Below are positions 24,760 to 37,720 of a stretch of DNA of 64,000 nt, piece by piece; positions within the stretch are counted from its first letter, which is position 1; each line of letters begins with the position of its first letter. A program made the translations under genes and the position numbers. Below the pieces are notes generated by a model. The model had not been told where the DNA came from, did not search any database, and saw only the letters and a program-made list of their open reading frames with translations. The stretch covers positions 101,432,001-101,496,000 of the forward strand of contig OX597821.1 in assembly GCA_951406725.2 (NCBI GenBank). The letters are read 5' to 3'. Source of the DNA: Octopus vulgaris (lineage: Eukaryota).

Positions 24760-25183
24760 CTGTAAATTATATTTAAAAAAATATTTCTTTAGAGACATTT
24801 GATTTGAGAAGAAAATGATTGCATATTTCAAGTTTGAATTGGAACAACATTATCTAAACTAAAACAATATACTCTTTAGTGATACCAGAAAATGGCAAAA
24901 TAATTCCTCAATTCCATAGTGGAATTAGCTTTATCATGAGACATAACTGTACTGATAACTTCCTATAGAATCTTTTCAAAATAAGCATGAAATTTCGAAT
25001 CAAAAGTGTCCATGCATGTATCTATACAATACATACACTCATTCATTTTACATGCTAAAAGGATAGATTAAACATCTTTAAAACTTACACTAAACCACAT
25101 TCAATTTACAAAACAAATGTTTTTCATACAATGCTATATGGCATCTTAAATTATTTAATCATTAAAAATATATATCTCCAAAC

Positions 25184-25265
25184 CTTTATTTTTAAGCTTT
25201 TCAGCTTCAACTCTGTCTTCAGGAGTTGGCTCATGCAAGGTATTTGCAGCAAAATTATCAGTTTT
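25184..25265 (-). CDS. SGTA: SGT coding exon 3 (linker and start of TPR1)
   Basis: ttttcttgcAG acceptor. KTDNFAANTLHEPTPEDRVEAEKLKNK(G). GTTTGG donor; phase consistent. Confidence 0.9.
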
Positions 25266-28200
25266 CTGCAAGAAAATTACATTATACTATTAGTTTCAAA
25301 TATATATTTTTTAAAAAATTTAAAAAAATAAAAATCACATTCGATGACTGGCATCCGTACTAGCAAGGTACAAAGAGCACCATCTGAGCGTGATCGTCAC
25401 CAGAGCAGCCAACTGGCTTCTGTGCCAGTGGCACGTAAAAGGGCACCATTTGAGCGTGATCGTTACCAACATCACCTTACTGTGCTGGTGGCATGTGTAA
25501 AAAGATTCGAGCGAGGTCATTGCCAGTACCATCTCACTGGCCCCAGTGCCGGTGGCACACAAAAAGCACCCACTACACTCTCAGAGTGGTTGGCATTAGG
25601 AAGGGCATCCAGCTGTAGAAACACTGCCAAATCAAGATTGGAGCCTGGTGCAGTCATCTGGTTCACCAGCCCTCAGTCAAAATCGTCCAACCCATGCTAG
25701 CATGGAAAGTGGATGTTAAACGCTGATGATGATGATATAGTTGGGCATAAGAGGAATCAAATGTAGCATGCAAGAGAGAAGACTACGTTGGTTTGGACAA
25801 GTGATGTGTAAGAAGACGGCTGCATGAAGAAGTGTCAATCACTTTAAGTGGATGGTACACGTGGAAGAGGGAAACCCAAGACAAGGGATGAGGTGGTAAG
25901 GATCAATCTCAGGGAGCTGGGCCTCACAGACAAAATGACAATGGACTGAGATGTCAGGTGATATGAAATTCTTGAGAAGACCTGCCCACATCAGCAAAAC
26001 TGAGATCTAGAAGTGCTGTGTCCCACTCACACTTAAGAAAATTTTTCACACACTACCACAACAAACCAAACTACATCTCTTCTCTTCACATTTCCACCTC
26101 ATGTACTATTATTGCCTCCCACTCCCCAATCTTGTCCTCTTGGCCCTGTGCCGCTGCATCATTGCTCTCTGCTTGCCCCCAAGCTGTGCATTCTACCCAC
26201 ATGCCCTGTCTCACTATTGTTATCTGCTAGTCCACAACCTGGGTGTTCCACCCACACATAAGAAAACCTTTCCTTCACCCTACCCCAACAAACCAATCTA
26301 CATCTCTTCTCTTTCTCACATTTCCTCCTTCAATCACTATGCCTAGCTCTCACCCCACCAATCCTGTCTTCACACCCGTTCCTGTATCATTGCTATCCAG
26401 TAGCCCCCCTCCAACTATATTACCCAGGTCTTTCCCCACTTACTCGCACTCTAATCACACTCCCTTCACAATATCCTGCCCTTCATATTATGGCATTTAA
26501 ACCTCAAGGTTTAAATACCACCATCTATATATCTCTATTCCTTTACTCAACCATCTCATTTATATTCTGATCCCTGTTCCTTGTGAACATGACTGGCATT
26601 TTGCTAATATCTCTATCCTACAGTCTCCCACTCTCTCTCTCCTTCTCCTGCACTTCCCTCAAGTTAGGCAACCGTGTATTTCCTTTGCAGTAGCACACCT
26701 GTTTCTGTCTTCATTCCTGATCTTTCTCTCTCTGGCCAGGTAACCGTGTACTTCTACAACAAGTCACCTGTATCTCCCTCACTATAACCTTTTCATCATC
26801 ACCTCATCCAATGCCTCCTCCCCACTTAAAAGTTTTCTTTTTTTGTCTTGCAAGTACTTGGTGACCCTGTCAGTGCAGGTGCCACTTAAAAGCACCTTGT
26901 CCACACTGTAATGTGGTTGGTGTTCAGAAAGGCATCCAGCTGTAAAAACCTTGCCAACACTGACCTCACCTATGCTTGTGCCACGTAAAAAGCACTAAGT
27001 CCACTGAGTGGTTGGTGTTAGGAAGGGCATCCAGCTGTAAAAATCTTGCCAAAACAGTCACAAAAGCCTGGTGCATGCTTCAGCCTGGCCGGCTCTTGTG
27101 GTACGATCACACCTATGCTAGCATGGAAGACAGACGTTAAATGATGACAATACACACACACACATTTGAGTGTCCAAAGAGGAGAAAGTATCAATGAATG
27201 TAGACAATCCACTCCAGTGCTACTCTGGAGTTTTCACATGTTCAATTAGATGCCTGAATTAATGCAAAGAAGTGGAAAAAAACCTTGTAGTAGTAGATTT
27301 AATTGTCAGCTTCAAACAAATATTTGATTTGTTACATAGATATGAATTATTGATTCATTATTTTTTACATTAGGCCAAGTTCATTAATCAATGATAAAAT
27401 GTTTGTCATTCTGAAAGCACCAACCAAAGACTAACTCATTTGAGTCATTGATACTCCAACCCTACAACAATCACCTAGACATCTAGTTCCAATAAAAAAA
27501 GAGCATCAACTAAATCCAGTCTTCCTTCTAACCAGTAATGCTACATAGAGAACAAGAAATACAATTCACTAACGCACTCAGAAACAAACATACCATAAAG
27601 CAAACACACACACAGAAAAGACAAAAATGCTAATTTAACATGACTATAACATTCATAGTACATACTGAATAGACAGTAAATAAAGGAAAATGACATACAG
27701 ATTTAGAGCACAAATACATGTTGGACACTTAGCCAACAGAAATAATGTTAGTGAACAAACAATGCATTAGAGATCATCTAAGACTGAATCTACTCTGCAC
27801 AGTCTCCCAATCTCTCCACGATTACAAAGAACACAAAACAGTACCCTTCACATTGTCACAAGTTGTATACAGACCACACCCACCCAGAGACCAGCTTTAC
27901 AAAAGACCACCTGGATATGCAAGGAGCTCAGTTTGATACTAACCCTTGGTCCCTGCCACACTAAATGCACAAAAACATCTACGTAACACTACAGCAACAC
28001 CATCCAAAAACCACTGTCTCTTCCACTAGACAGCAGCATCAATAGCGCATTAGATCCAAACATTATCCTGAAGATGTACACCACTGACCAAGTCCACCTT
28101 TCTTGTCTGTCATACAGCACTATATGACTAAACTCTGCACATCAGTGTGCAGTTTAGCCCTTAGCAGATATGTAGAGACATAATATGTGTGAAACAAGGG

Positions 28201-29242
28201 AGCTATCATATTTTCTTTCAAATCCATTAGATTTCATTCGATTCCTTGCCATAGTTTGTCAGTCACAACTATTTTTTAAAATACATTTTAATATTCTTTT
28301 ATCCTTTCATTTGTTTCAGTCATTTGACTGCAGCCATGCTGGAGCACCACCTTTTAATCAAAGAAACCACCCCTGGACTAATTCAACTGGTTCTTTTTGC
28401 CGAAGTGCTAAGTTACAGGGACGTAAACACACCAGCATTGGTTGTCAACCAATGGTGGACAAACACACATATATATATATACAATGGGCTTCTTTCAGTT
28501 TCTGTCTACCAAATCCACTCACAAGGCTTTGGTCGACCCGAGGTTATAGTAGCAGACACTTGCCCAAGGTGCCACACAGCGGGACTGAACCTGGAACCAT
28601 GTGGTTGGGAAGCAAGCTTCTTACCACAAGCCACACCTGCCCCTGTTTAAATAGTTTTAGTATAGATTTTTCTGAGTTGGTGGTGACAGCAATGTAGTGG
28701 GTAGTGTAAGAGAAATGAGCAGATAAACTGAGGTAATCAGAGGGTGTGAGATGGAACAATTAAGTTTAAACTAGTCATGGACATGACTGTGATATTTATC
28801 CCTGCATACAAACCAAAATCAGGGCTAATAAATGAACTTATTTATATGAGGGCCTCTTGCAGACTTAATATTCAATCCCTTCAAAACCATCATTTTCCTT
28901 TATTGCTAACCATCGTTCTCCCTTCCCCATTATTCCTTCTATCATATTACTCCTACCCATCACTCTCCTCTATCATTTATTGTTCACATCCATTCCACCC
29001 TTGTTTCTTCCCCCCATTATGCCTCTTATGCTGTCTCATTCTGTTCAATTTGTGCCAACAAACAACATGTAACTGTGTATCACTGTCTCTCTTCCATTAC
29101 TCATTCCAATCACACTGACTCTCTTATTTTACTCCCTTTACTACTATCTCTTCCATTCACTCTCTCGACCATACTGCCTTGAACAAGACAATGTAGGGCA
29201 GAGAGGACTTTAGTCTTGTGTGAGACAAGGCAACCTCCTTAA

Positions 29243-30481
29243 CCCTTTCGTTACTATATTTCTGACCAAAATACACCCCTTATGTGTTTCAATTAATTTC
29301 TAACATAATCATAAATTTAGTCTGGTTTCATTAAACAACTATAACTTTTTTATTTATCAATATATTAATGTGATTTTTGGAAGATAATTTAATGAAATGT
29401 TCTCAACCAATTCTATACTATAATTTTTGTCACAAAGTGACTCTAATTGCAGGTAGATACAGGTAAATTCAACAAAATATAAAATTATTAAAATTTTGTT
29501 CAAACATCGCTATAGAAAATGGGTTATTAGCTAATATTCAATTGGGTATACAACAAAATTTTACTATAGAATTTGTTATTCTGGGTAACTTTCTGATACC
29601 CATAATAATATTTATGGCAAAATAAGCCTTAATTTCATTTAAGGTTGTGGGAAACCACAAACTATCCTTTCTTTCGCTTTGTTTACATTTAGCGTAACGG
29701 TTCGTTTCCGCCGTAATTTTCTGATACCCACAATAATATTTATGGGTAACTTTCTGATACCCATAATAATATTTATGGTAAAATAGGCCTTAATTTCATT
29801 TAAGGTTGTGGGAAACAACAAACTATCCTTTCTTTCGCTTTGTTTACATTTAGCGTAACGGTTCGTTTCCGCCGTAATGATTTCAAATAGGCTCATTCGA
29901 AAAAGTAAAAAGAAATAGTTTAAGGCTTTACTCTCCTGGGAAAGACTGTGGCTTAGTCCAGTTTCTTTAGAAAAATCACTGAAAGAAACAGTTTTTAAAT
30001 TTTCACTCCATTCAGATGCCAGTTCATTTTCTTTATCGCTGTCGAAGCTCTTGGATTCACTGTTTTCATTTTCGGAAAATGAAACATCGGATTCATTATC
30101 AAATACCACGTGCTTTTTTTTTTCAGTCATAGAGTTAGATTTATCAAGGACTTCAGTAGAAAATCCTTCGAATTCTGACTCACTGCTTGATATAATGAAA
30201 TTCGTATCCATTTTTTGTCAGAATTACAAATTTTGAAAACACAATAGGAACAAATTTCGGAAAAAAATCTCCCAAAATTCAAGGAATTAACATTACACTT
30301 TGATCATTGTACAAAACTGTAGATGAACTGTTTACAAAGTATAATCACGTGTTTTCACGAACGTACTAAAGAGATTTGCTCCAATATTCTCATTTAAATA
30401 TGAATACGTAAATACGGGCGGTTTTGGGCGGCTTGGTCACATGAACCAAAATTTTTTTCGGGCGGTTTGGTAACGAAAGGG
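29243..30481 (-). mobile_element. piggyBac-superfamily DNA transposon, internally deleted (1239 bp)
   Basis: TTAA at 29239-29242 and 30482-30485; perfect 12-bp TIR CCCTTTCGTTAC...GTAACGAAAGGG; contains a truncated transposase ORF. Confidence 0.9.
29639..30211 (-). pseudogene. Truncated piggyBac (PGBD-like) transposase N-terminus, 190 aa
   Basis: Acidic Ser/Glu-rich N-terminus, then YFFLLF...IITAETNRYA...TTLNEIKAYFTINIIMGI, typical of piggyBac transposases. Breaks off into an internal duplication before the catalytic DDD domain. Confidence 0.8.
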
Positions 30482-32401
30482 TTAATGCAGGTGTCATAAT
30501 AAAATGCAGCCAGAAAACTCTAAGGTGGTTGACAAATGAACAACAACAGACTAAAGAGGACTTCAGTCTTGCCAATAACAAAACAACTTTTCTAATGCAG
30601 GTACTACAATAAAATGCAACCACTGCACAATGTAAAGTGGTTCAGGTTAGAAAAGGCAGTAGAAACCATACCAAATATGGATATGCAAATAAGATGTGGT
30701 CTCTGGCCTTCTAGAAGGGTAATAACTCCAGATAACTCAGCCATAGATAAGCCATCCATCCCATGCAAGCACAGTAAACTAAACATGGAAAGATGATGAT
30801 TCATGCATACTTTTGCATGCCCTTGTTTAAATTTGATTCTGCCCCTTGATGTTACAAATGAATATTAAGATTGATTACAAAAACATTTCCTTGATATTCT
30901 GACACTGGAAATAACAGTTTTGACATTTTCAGAAATAAAGAACTATCTACCTTCAGTGGTTTTTAGTATTGAGTTTATATTTTAGTTTCCTAGAGATTAA
31001 AAATAAAAACTACCAATTTATTAATTTTTTTTTCTATGTTGTCATACCTGTTTACCATGTATTCTGCATGTGTAGATGTTGCTGATGAAGCAGTTATTCT
31101 TGCCAAGTCTCTGGATGTCTCAAGGAGTGCCCTTGTTTCACTGAGTGAGGAAACAGAACCACTTGGCCCAAGAGTCTCTTGAGTTAAGACTAATATCCAG
31201 TCTTTTGTTGGCTTCTTGGAGGACTGTTGCAGGTGAGAACATCAAAGTTGTTGACCATTTCAGCTATTTTCGCAGTGAGGTAATGGACAGTACTGCCTGA
31301 GAGGCCCCGTGCCGGTGGCACGTAAAAAGTACCCACTACACTCTCGGAGTGGTTGGCGTTAGGAAGGGCATCCAGCTGTAGAAACTCTGCCAGATCAAGA
31401 TTGGAGTCTGGTGCGGCCGTCTGGTTCGCCAGCCCTCAGTCAAAATCGACCAACCCATGCTAGCATGGAAGGCGGACGTTAAACAATGATGATGATGATG
31501 AGATTCATAGCAGCTGCGAGTCTGAAGTCCTAAAAAGACTTGGACGAGATGGTATAGTTGTGGACAAGGGTGTTTGATGCTGCCAATATCTAAGCAGGAG
31601 GACAAAGGTTCACATCTTTAGCTCTCTGGTCCTTCCTGTTCTGTTTCTATAATCGTGAGATTTGGACACTGTCTGGGGCACTTAAGAGCCAACTGAACTC
31701 CTTTGGCACTAAGACGCTTCACAGAATTATGGGTTACCATTGGTCAGATCTTGTATCCAACAACTACTCAGAAAATTGGAATGCATCCTGTTACTTGTAT
31801 GATTTGGGAATGCCAGCTCAGACTGTTTGACCATACTGCTCAGTTTTCAGAGTTAAACCCTACTTTTCTCTTCACTGAGCATCCAGCTGGCTACATGATC
31901 ACAGCAGATGGGGCAGTAACTTGCAGATATGAGGACCAGGTCACCCAGAAAGACCAGAGAATATACAAATAACTGGTGAATGCAGCAATGGAACATGCCC
32001 ACACACCTTACCCAACCAATTCATATTCTAGTCCAGTAATTACAAATTTGCATAACTTAAAAAGTGAATATGACAAATCAGATGTAATTATATAATTATA
32101 AATAAACAAACCAGCTAAATTATTGAAGCTCTGGACATTTGAGCATAGGTCAAAAATTCAAGCCTTGTTATTTTGTATTTTAATCAAGGGAAATCTCTTG
32201 CTTCAGTTTGCTTCTTTGGAAACAACTTCATACCAAGGATGGATAAACACCTATACATAACTGCATGAATAACCAAACTGTCTTAAGTTTTCATAACTAT
32301 CCCACTGACTCCCAACAATATAAATAAAAGTAAATTTAATAATTAAAAAAAAAACATTCAATACACACATAATAATATTTAGAATAGTTCGTTTGACTCA
32401 C

Positions 32402-32520
32402 CTCAGAACTTGTATGAGAATTGAAAATATCTAAAAGATTTTTGTCCACATAATATTTGGATGCACTTTCAGGTTCGTTGGTATTTATTCCATAGGCTGA
32501 TTCCAGGCACTGAATAGCCA
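32402..32520 (-). CDS. SGTA: SGT coding exon 2
   Basis: (V)AIQCLESAYGINTNEPESASKYYVDKNLLDIFNSHTSSE, completing the ESLEVAIQCLE family motif. AG acceptor, GTGAGT donor. Confidence 0.95.
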
Positions 32521-35066
32521 CTAAAGAGACAAAATAAAATTAAATTAATAAAAATACTAAAACAAAACATGTATCTCCCCTATAGCAAGACACATGCATT
32601 TTCCTCTATCATACTTTAACCTTTCAACACGTGAAATAAAACCTCTCCCCACCCCTTACCATTTGGTGAAAGGATCTTTTTCATGTTCTTTTCTTCTCTT
32701 GCAAGTTACTTTATAACCTCACTAATACGAGAAACAAAATGCACTCAGTACACACTATAAACTGATTGGAATTAGGAAGGGTATCAGGCCATAGAAACCA
32801 TGCCAAAGATGACATTGGAGCTCACCACAGCCCTGAAGCCTGCCAGATCCAGTCAAACCATCTAACCCATGCCAGTAAGGAAAACAGATATTAAATAATG
32901 ATGAAAAATTATGTTGACACTTGCCCAAACAGTAGAATCAAACCTGAGACTTAATGACTGCATAGCAAATTCTTAACCATTCAGCTATGCTCTGTGTGTG
33001 TGTGCACGAGTGTGCACGTGTGTGTGAATACTCTTATACACAGACAAACCACAAAGAAACTATGTGACAGTTAACCTTAATATTTATTCTCTCATTATCA
33101 TGCTCATTAATATCTGTTATTGCTTACAAAGTGAAGGAATTCTATTCAAAACAAGGTAACTATATAAATCATGTTAATTATTTCAAAAATTAGAATTGTT
33201 AATATATTTATCAAAAATTAATCATCAACATAGAAATAAATTTTAAAACAGAACAAATATGAACATTTTTCTCAAAGCATAAGCACAGAGTAGACATTGA
33301 GAAAGGTAAGAGTGGAGGAATATGGTTTCAAATTATGGTAGAAGGCTAGTAATTTTTTAGGAGACAGAAATAGAATGTTGGCATGTTTTAGGGATCAATA
33401 ATAAAAACCCCAGTATTTCTAGTTGTGCAGCTCTGTCTGGCACCTGTGCGGGTGGCACGTAGAAAGCACCCACTACACTCACGGAGTGGTTGGCGTTAGG
33501 AAGGGCATCCGGCCATAGAAACACTGCCAGATCTGACTGGCCTGGTGCAGCCTTCTGGCTTCACAGACCCCAGTTGAACCGTCCAACCCATGCTAGCATG
33601 GAAAATGAACGCTAAATGATGATGATGATGATGGAAACACTAGCTCAAAGCATAAAGGAGGGTCTACAATGGGAGTTACTGAATATAGATGATCTGCTGT
33701 TAATGGAGAGAATATGGTTGAATTGAAGATGAATAGGTAAAAGGAGCACAAGGAGGCAAAAAGAAAATACTAGCTAAATCTATTTTCAACTCGATAGAAA
33801 AACATTAGATCACATAGCCCTAAATATAGTATTCCTAAGAAAGTAACAGAATGATCAATAACAGCCAGAATGCCATCAAACATGAAAAACCTCAATCAAG
33901 GCTGACCTAAAGCTACATAACATAAAATTTTTATAAAACATTAACCAAGAAGTCAGAGCATAAAATCATTCTATCAAGAGTCAGGCTTTTGATGGTTTTA
34001 AAACAATGCCTCTTTTTTTAAACTCATAATCTTGTTAACATGAGTGGGGTGAGGAAGAACCATGCTGACCAAGAAGTAAATACAAACAAAACTAGATCTA
34101 ATCTAAATTACAGAGAATTTCATATTAAAAAGAATAAGAAGTAAAGAAATCATGAAGCACTCATACAAATTATTTTCAAAAGCACATTGTTTAAATAATA
34201 GCCGCTGACATAAACACAGACCTTAAAATTTAGAGAAGACTATGTGATGTTCATGCCTTTCTTGAAGGCATGAACATTACACAAGATTGATAAATGAAAT
34301 GAAATAAAGCAAGAAATCAAAACTGGGTCGTAGCTTCAACTAACAGTGTATAACAAGCGAAATGGCAGCAAATAAACAAAACACTGGTCTTTGTAGAACA
34401 AAGCCACCTTTGTACTCCAACGTTGTAATGGAATAAAATTAGTTATAAATTTGATGTATATATCAAGTCAGAACTGCTTAAAAATTTTTTTATTTTATTG
34501 TTTATTCTGTTAAGCTAAAATCAGCTACTTGGCCTTTTGTAATCCAAGATATCCCTCAACAGGTATCAGCCCCATTGAGATAACAAGGGCAAACAAATTA
34601 ATGAAAACTGAGGTTTATATATTAAAACAATGTGAAACAGGAACTCATTTTTCTTGGAGCTTACCATGCAGATTATAATATGCACTAATAACATCTATAT
34701 CAACAAAACTGAAGCACACACACATATATATATATCATCATCATCATCGTTTAACGCCCGCTTTCCATGCTAGCATGGGTTGGCCGGTTCAACTGGGGTC
34801 TGGCAAGCTCGAAGGCTGCACCAGGCCAGTCAGATCTGGCAGTGTTTCTACAGCTGGATGCCCTTCCTAACGCCAACCACTCCGAGGGTGTAGTGGGTGA
34901 TTTTATGTGCCACCGACACAGGTGCCAGACGAGGCTGGCGAACGGCCACGCTCAGATGGTGTTTGTTACGTGCCCTCAGCACGGAGGTGCCAGTCGATGC
35001 GGTACTGGCTACGGTCATGTTCGGATGGTTTTTCATATGTGCCACCGGCACTGGTACCACAAGGAT

Positions 35067-35068
<2 letters not shown>

Positions 35069-35109
<41 letters not shown>
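35069..35109. repeat. (TA)n microsatellite; others at about 403-432 (TA), 2877-2918 (GAT then GT) and 12835-12860 (GAT)
   Basis: Direct inspection. Confidence 0.95.
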
Positions 35110-35112
<3 letters not shown>

Positions 35113-36215
35113 GCTAGAAAGCAAAACTGCTGACTTAACTGGTACTAATTCAAATCTTGCATCTGATATTTTATTGTACCCTAAAACATTTCTCCAATTG
35201 CTATAAACAATCCACTTGAGAATTTATTGACTAAATATATAGTCCAACACCTCTTACTACTGACTCACCAAATGCACAGAAACGCAAAAATAAAACTAAG
35301 CTAAAGAAAGTGGGATTGCTGACAATAGGCAGCACCAGCTGGTGCACAGTGTGTTAATACAGTATCTATGTGGTAGAGAAAAAAAAAAAAAAGAAAAAGC
35401 ATCTGTTACATGCAACTACATCAAACATCTATCTATTCTGTGTTAAGTCATATATGCAGGTGATCTTGCAGCTTTCATCTTCAAATCAAAAATATTCTAA
35501 CTTAACAATTTTTATGGTTGCCCCTTCTTTTGCTCAACTGCAAACAATCTTTAGGGACCCCAAATATATTTGTTTTTCACTGGCTCATTTTTCTCCTAAT
35601 GTGTCCCATTAAAAACTTTGCAAACACACCTCTACTCACCAAACATCTGATAATCAAAGCTCTTTTTAGATATATATTATTACATTATAAAAATCTTTTC
35701 CTTTTGCTTTTTTTCAATTACATGAGTTCTTATGATATTCTATTAAACAAAAACGAGAACCTTCTTACAAAGCATGCACCCTCTTAAACATTTACTCCTG
35801 GGAGAAATATATAACACCCACAATTACAGAACTAAAATTAATTATAAAGCTACTTGATTGTTATATGTAAACTATAAGAATTAATCTAAGTCTGAAGTCA
35901 TACCAATGTCCATACAAAAAAACAAAAAGACTTTAAATTGTCTAGATTAGGGACTTGTAGTATATTGTCTAAAAAATTCCTGCCCAATTTTTGTAAAGAA
36001 AAATTCGTTTGAAATAGTTTCCAAGATAAAAATAATTTAAATGCTATTGTACGCAAAGACGGCATCAAAATTTACCATAAAAATTATCAGATCTTTTCAT
36101 TCAACGACTGAAACTAGACAAAAAACAGAAAGAAAGAAACCAGATTAGATGTAAACCGAACTCCAGTAGTTAATTTCAAGACGTGAAAGAAATTATAAAT
36201 AGAAGATGCACTTAC

Positions 36216-36315
36216 CTTCCAGGCTTTCCACAGCATCATCACTTAAGTTTCCTGAGGTTTTTTGATCACCAAGAAATTTCAGAATGGAATATACAAGCTT
36301 CGAGACATCAGCCAT
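36216..36315 (-). CDS. SGTA: SGT co-chaperone coding exon 1 (ATG 36315; exon acceptor just above 36330)
   Basis: MADVSKLVYSILKFLGDQKTSGNLSDDAVESLE is the SGT N-terminal dimerisation domain. Donor GTAAGT. A ttatttctAG acceptor 15 nt before the ATG implies an upstream non-coding exon. Confidence 0.95.
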
Positions 36316-37439
36316 TTTATTCAAAAGTAACTAGAAATAAAAAATAAAATTAATCATTATAAATTAAGAAAAATAATTCCAAACTGGACGAGGAAGAAAA
36401 ACAAAAAACAAACTCAGAGTATGCAGCTGTCACCTAGTCTAGGAATTCGATCCGAGTATATTGATCACACAACATAGTGTGGGGGAAATTTAATTAATTT
36501 GGGCTTCGTAAATAGAAAAGTTTGGTTTTCTATGCAAAAGTCCGATACGGACTGAAGTTTCCTAATATTTATTGGCAGAGCGTTCTGCATTTTGGGAGGC
36601 ATAATTCAACATGAAACTAAGAAGGCTTTTCTCATGTTACATCAGTAACTACTAAAATAAAACTTAGGGTATTTTTCTTCTTTTTATATATATTTAAGGA
36701 TGGTAAATAACCATTAAAGTTGAAGGTATCAGTTACTTATTTCTGATCACATTACTGCAGTTCTGAAAAAAAAAAAATGTCTCAACAGACGAAACTCAAG
36801 ACATAAATATAAATATATACATAATATTAGACTAGCTAAACACCTAGTCATACTGAGAAAATATAAATAGTAATGATAACATTGTTAGCATAACTGTTTA
36901 TATATTTTCATATTTCCATGATCAGAGAGTTAACAGGATTACAAAGTTAGGCGAAGACGAATATTATATATATATATATTATATATATATTATATTATCT
37001 ATATATATATGTATATATCTATATATATAATACAATCTTTGTTAACACGGGAAAACTGGAGTAATCTTGAAATGGTGTCGTTCTTTGATAAAGAGGAAAT
37101 AAACTACACACACACCCAGTCATAATATCGACATCTTATTAAATAAGTGTGAGAAACTCCAAGCTTGCAAGGATATATTTATAACAGCAGTATCCAACAC
37201 GAACATATATACATCATTATATATATATTTATATATACATATATAAATATATCCACTGATGTAACAGGATTTTGAACTACAGCTGCTATCAATAAACTTA
37301 AGAGAAAAGTTATAGAGTTAAAATATTTCAATATGAAGTATTTTTCGAAAACTACTCAATATCAACATTATACGATAGAAATATGAGCATCCCCTTAAAG
37401 TTATGTTGAAGAAGGTCCATAAAATAAATAAAAAATTGA

Positions 37440-37720
37440 CTCACAACTTACAAGCTACAGTCCTATGCCAGCAGAGCGCCACAAAGCAATTCGAAAAATT
37501 CTTTTTTACGACTTCCTCTGACGTAGTTTCTGCCTCGAGATTATTAAACATTAAAAATGAATTTAAACAAATCTACATTTACAAGCGATTAAATAAAATC
37601 AAAATGAGTTGATACTTACTAAAAACAGGCTTAAAGAATTTGCTAATTAACTATGACGCGTGGTACCGTAAACCGCCACTTTAAGAGTTACAAGTAGAAC
37701 GCCATCTGGTGGAGGGTATT
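37440..37720 (-). promoter_or_regulatory. Probable SGT promoter and non-coding first exon region
   Basis: Locally CpG-enriched unique sequence about 1.1-1.4 kb upstream of the first coding exon. Minus-strand GTAAGT donors at 37451 and 37619; ETS-like ACTTCC (37511) beside CRE-like TGACGTA (37519); CTCF-like site at 37699. Confidence 0.5.
37699..37712 (-). promoter_or_regulatory. CTCF-like core motif CCACCAGATGGCGT
   Basis: The reverse complement of acgccatctggtgg fits the bilaterian CTCF core CCASYAGRKGGCR. It also contains a YY1-like GCCAT. Confidence 0.5.

Noticed and set aside
27450-28200. Possible Penelope/GIY-YIG remnant with a small hairpin at about 28128-28157
   Set aside because: Too decayed to assign by eye.
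28185-28697. 170-aa ORF, and similar ORFs at 3637-4104, 14828-15247, 25344-25700 and 34767-35117
   Set aside because: These are chance translations of SINE or family A repeats and microsatellites, with no protein-family signature.
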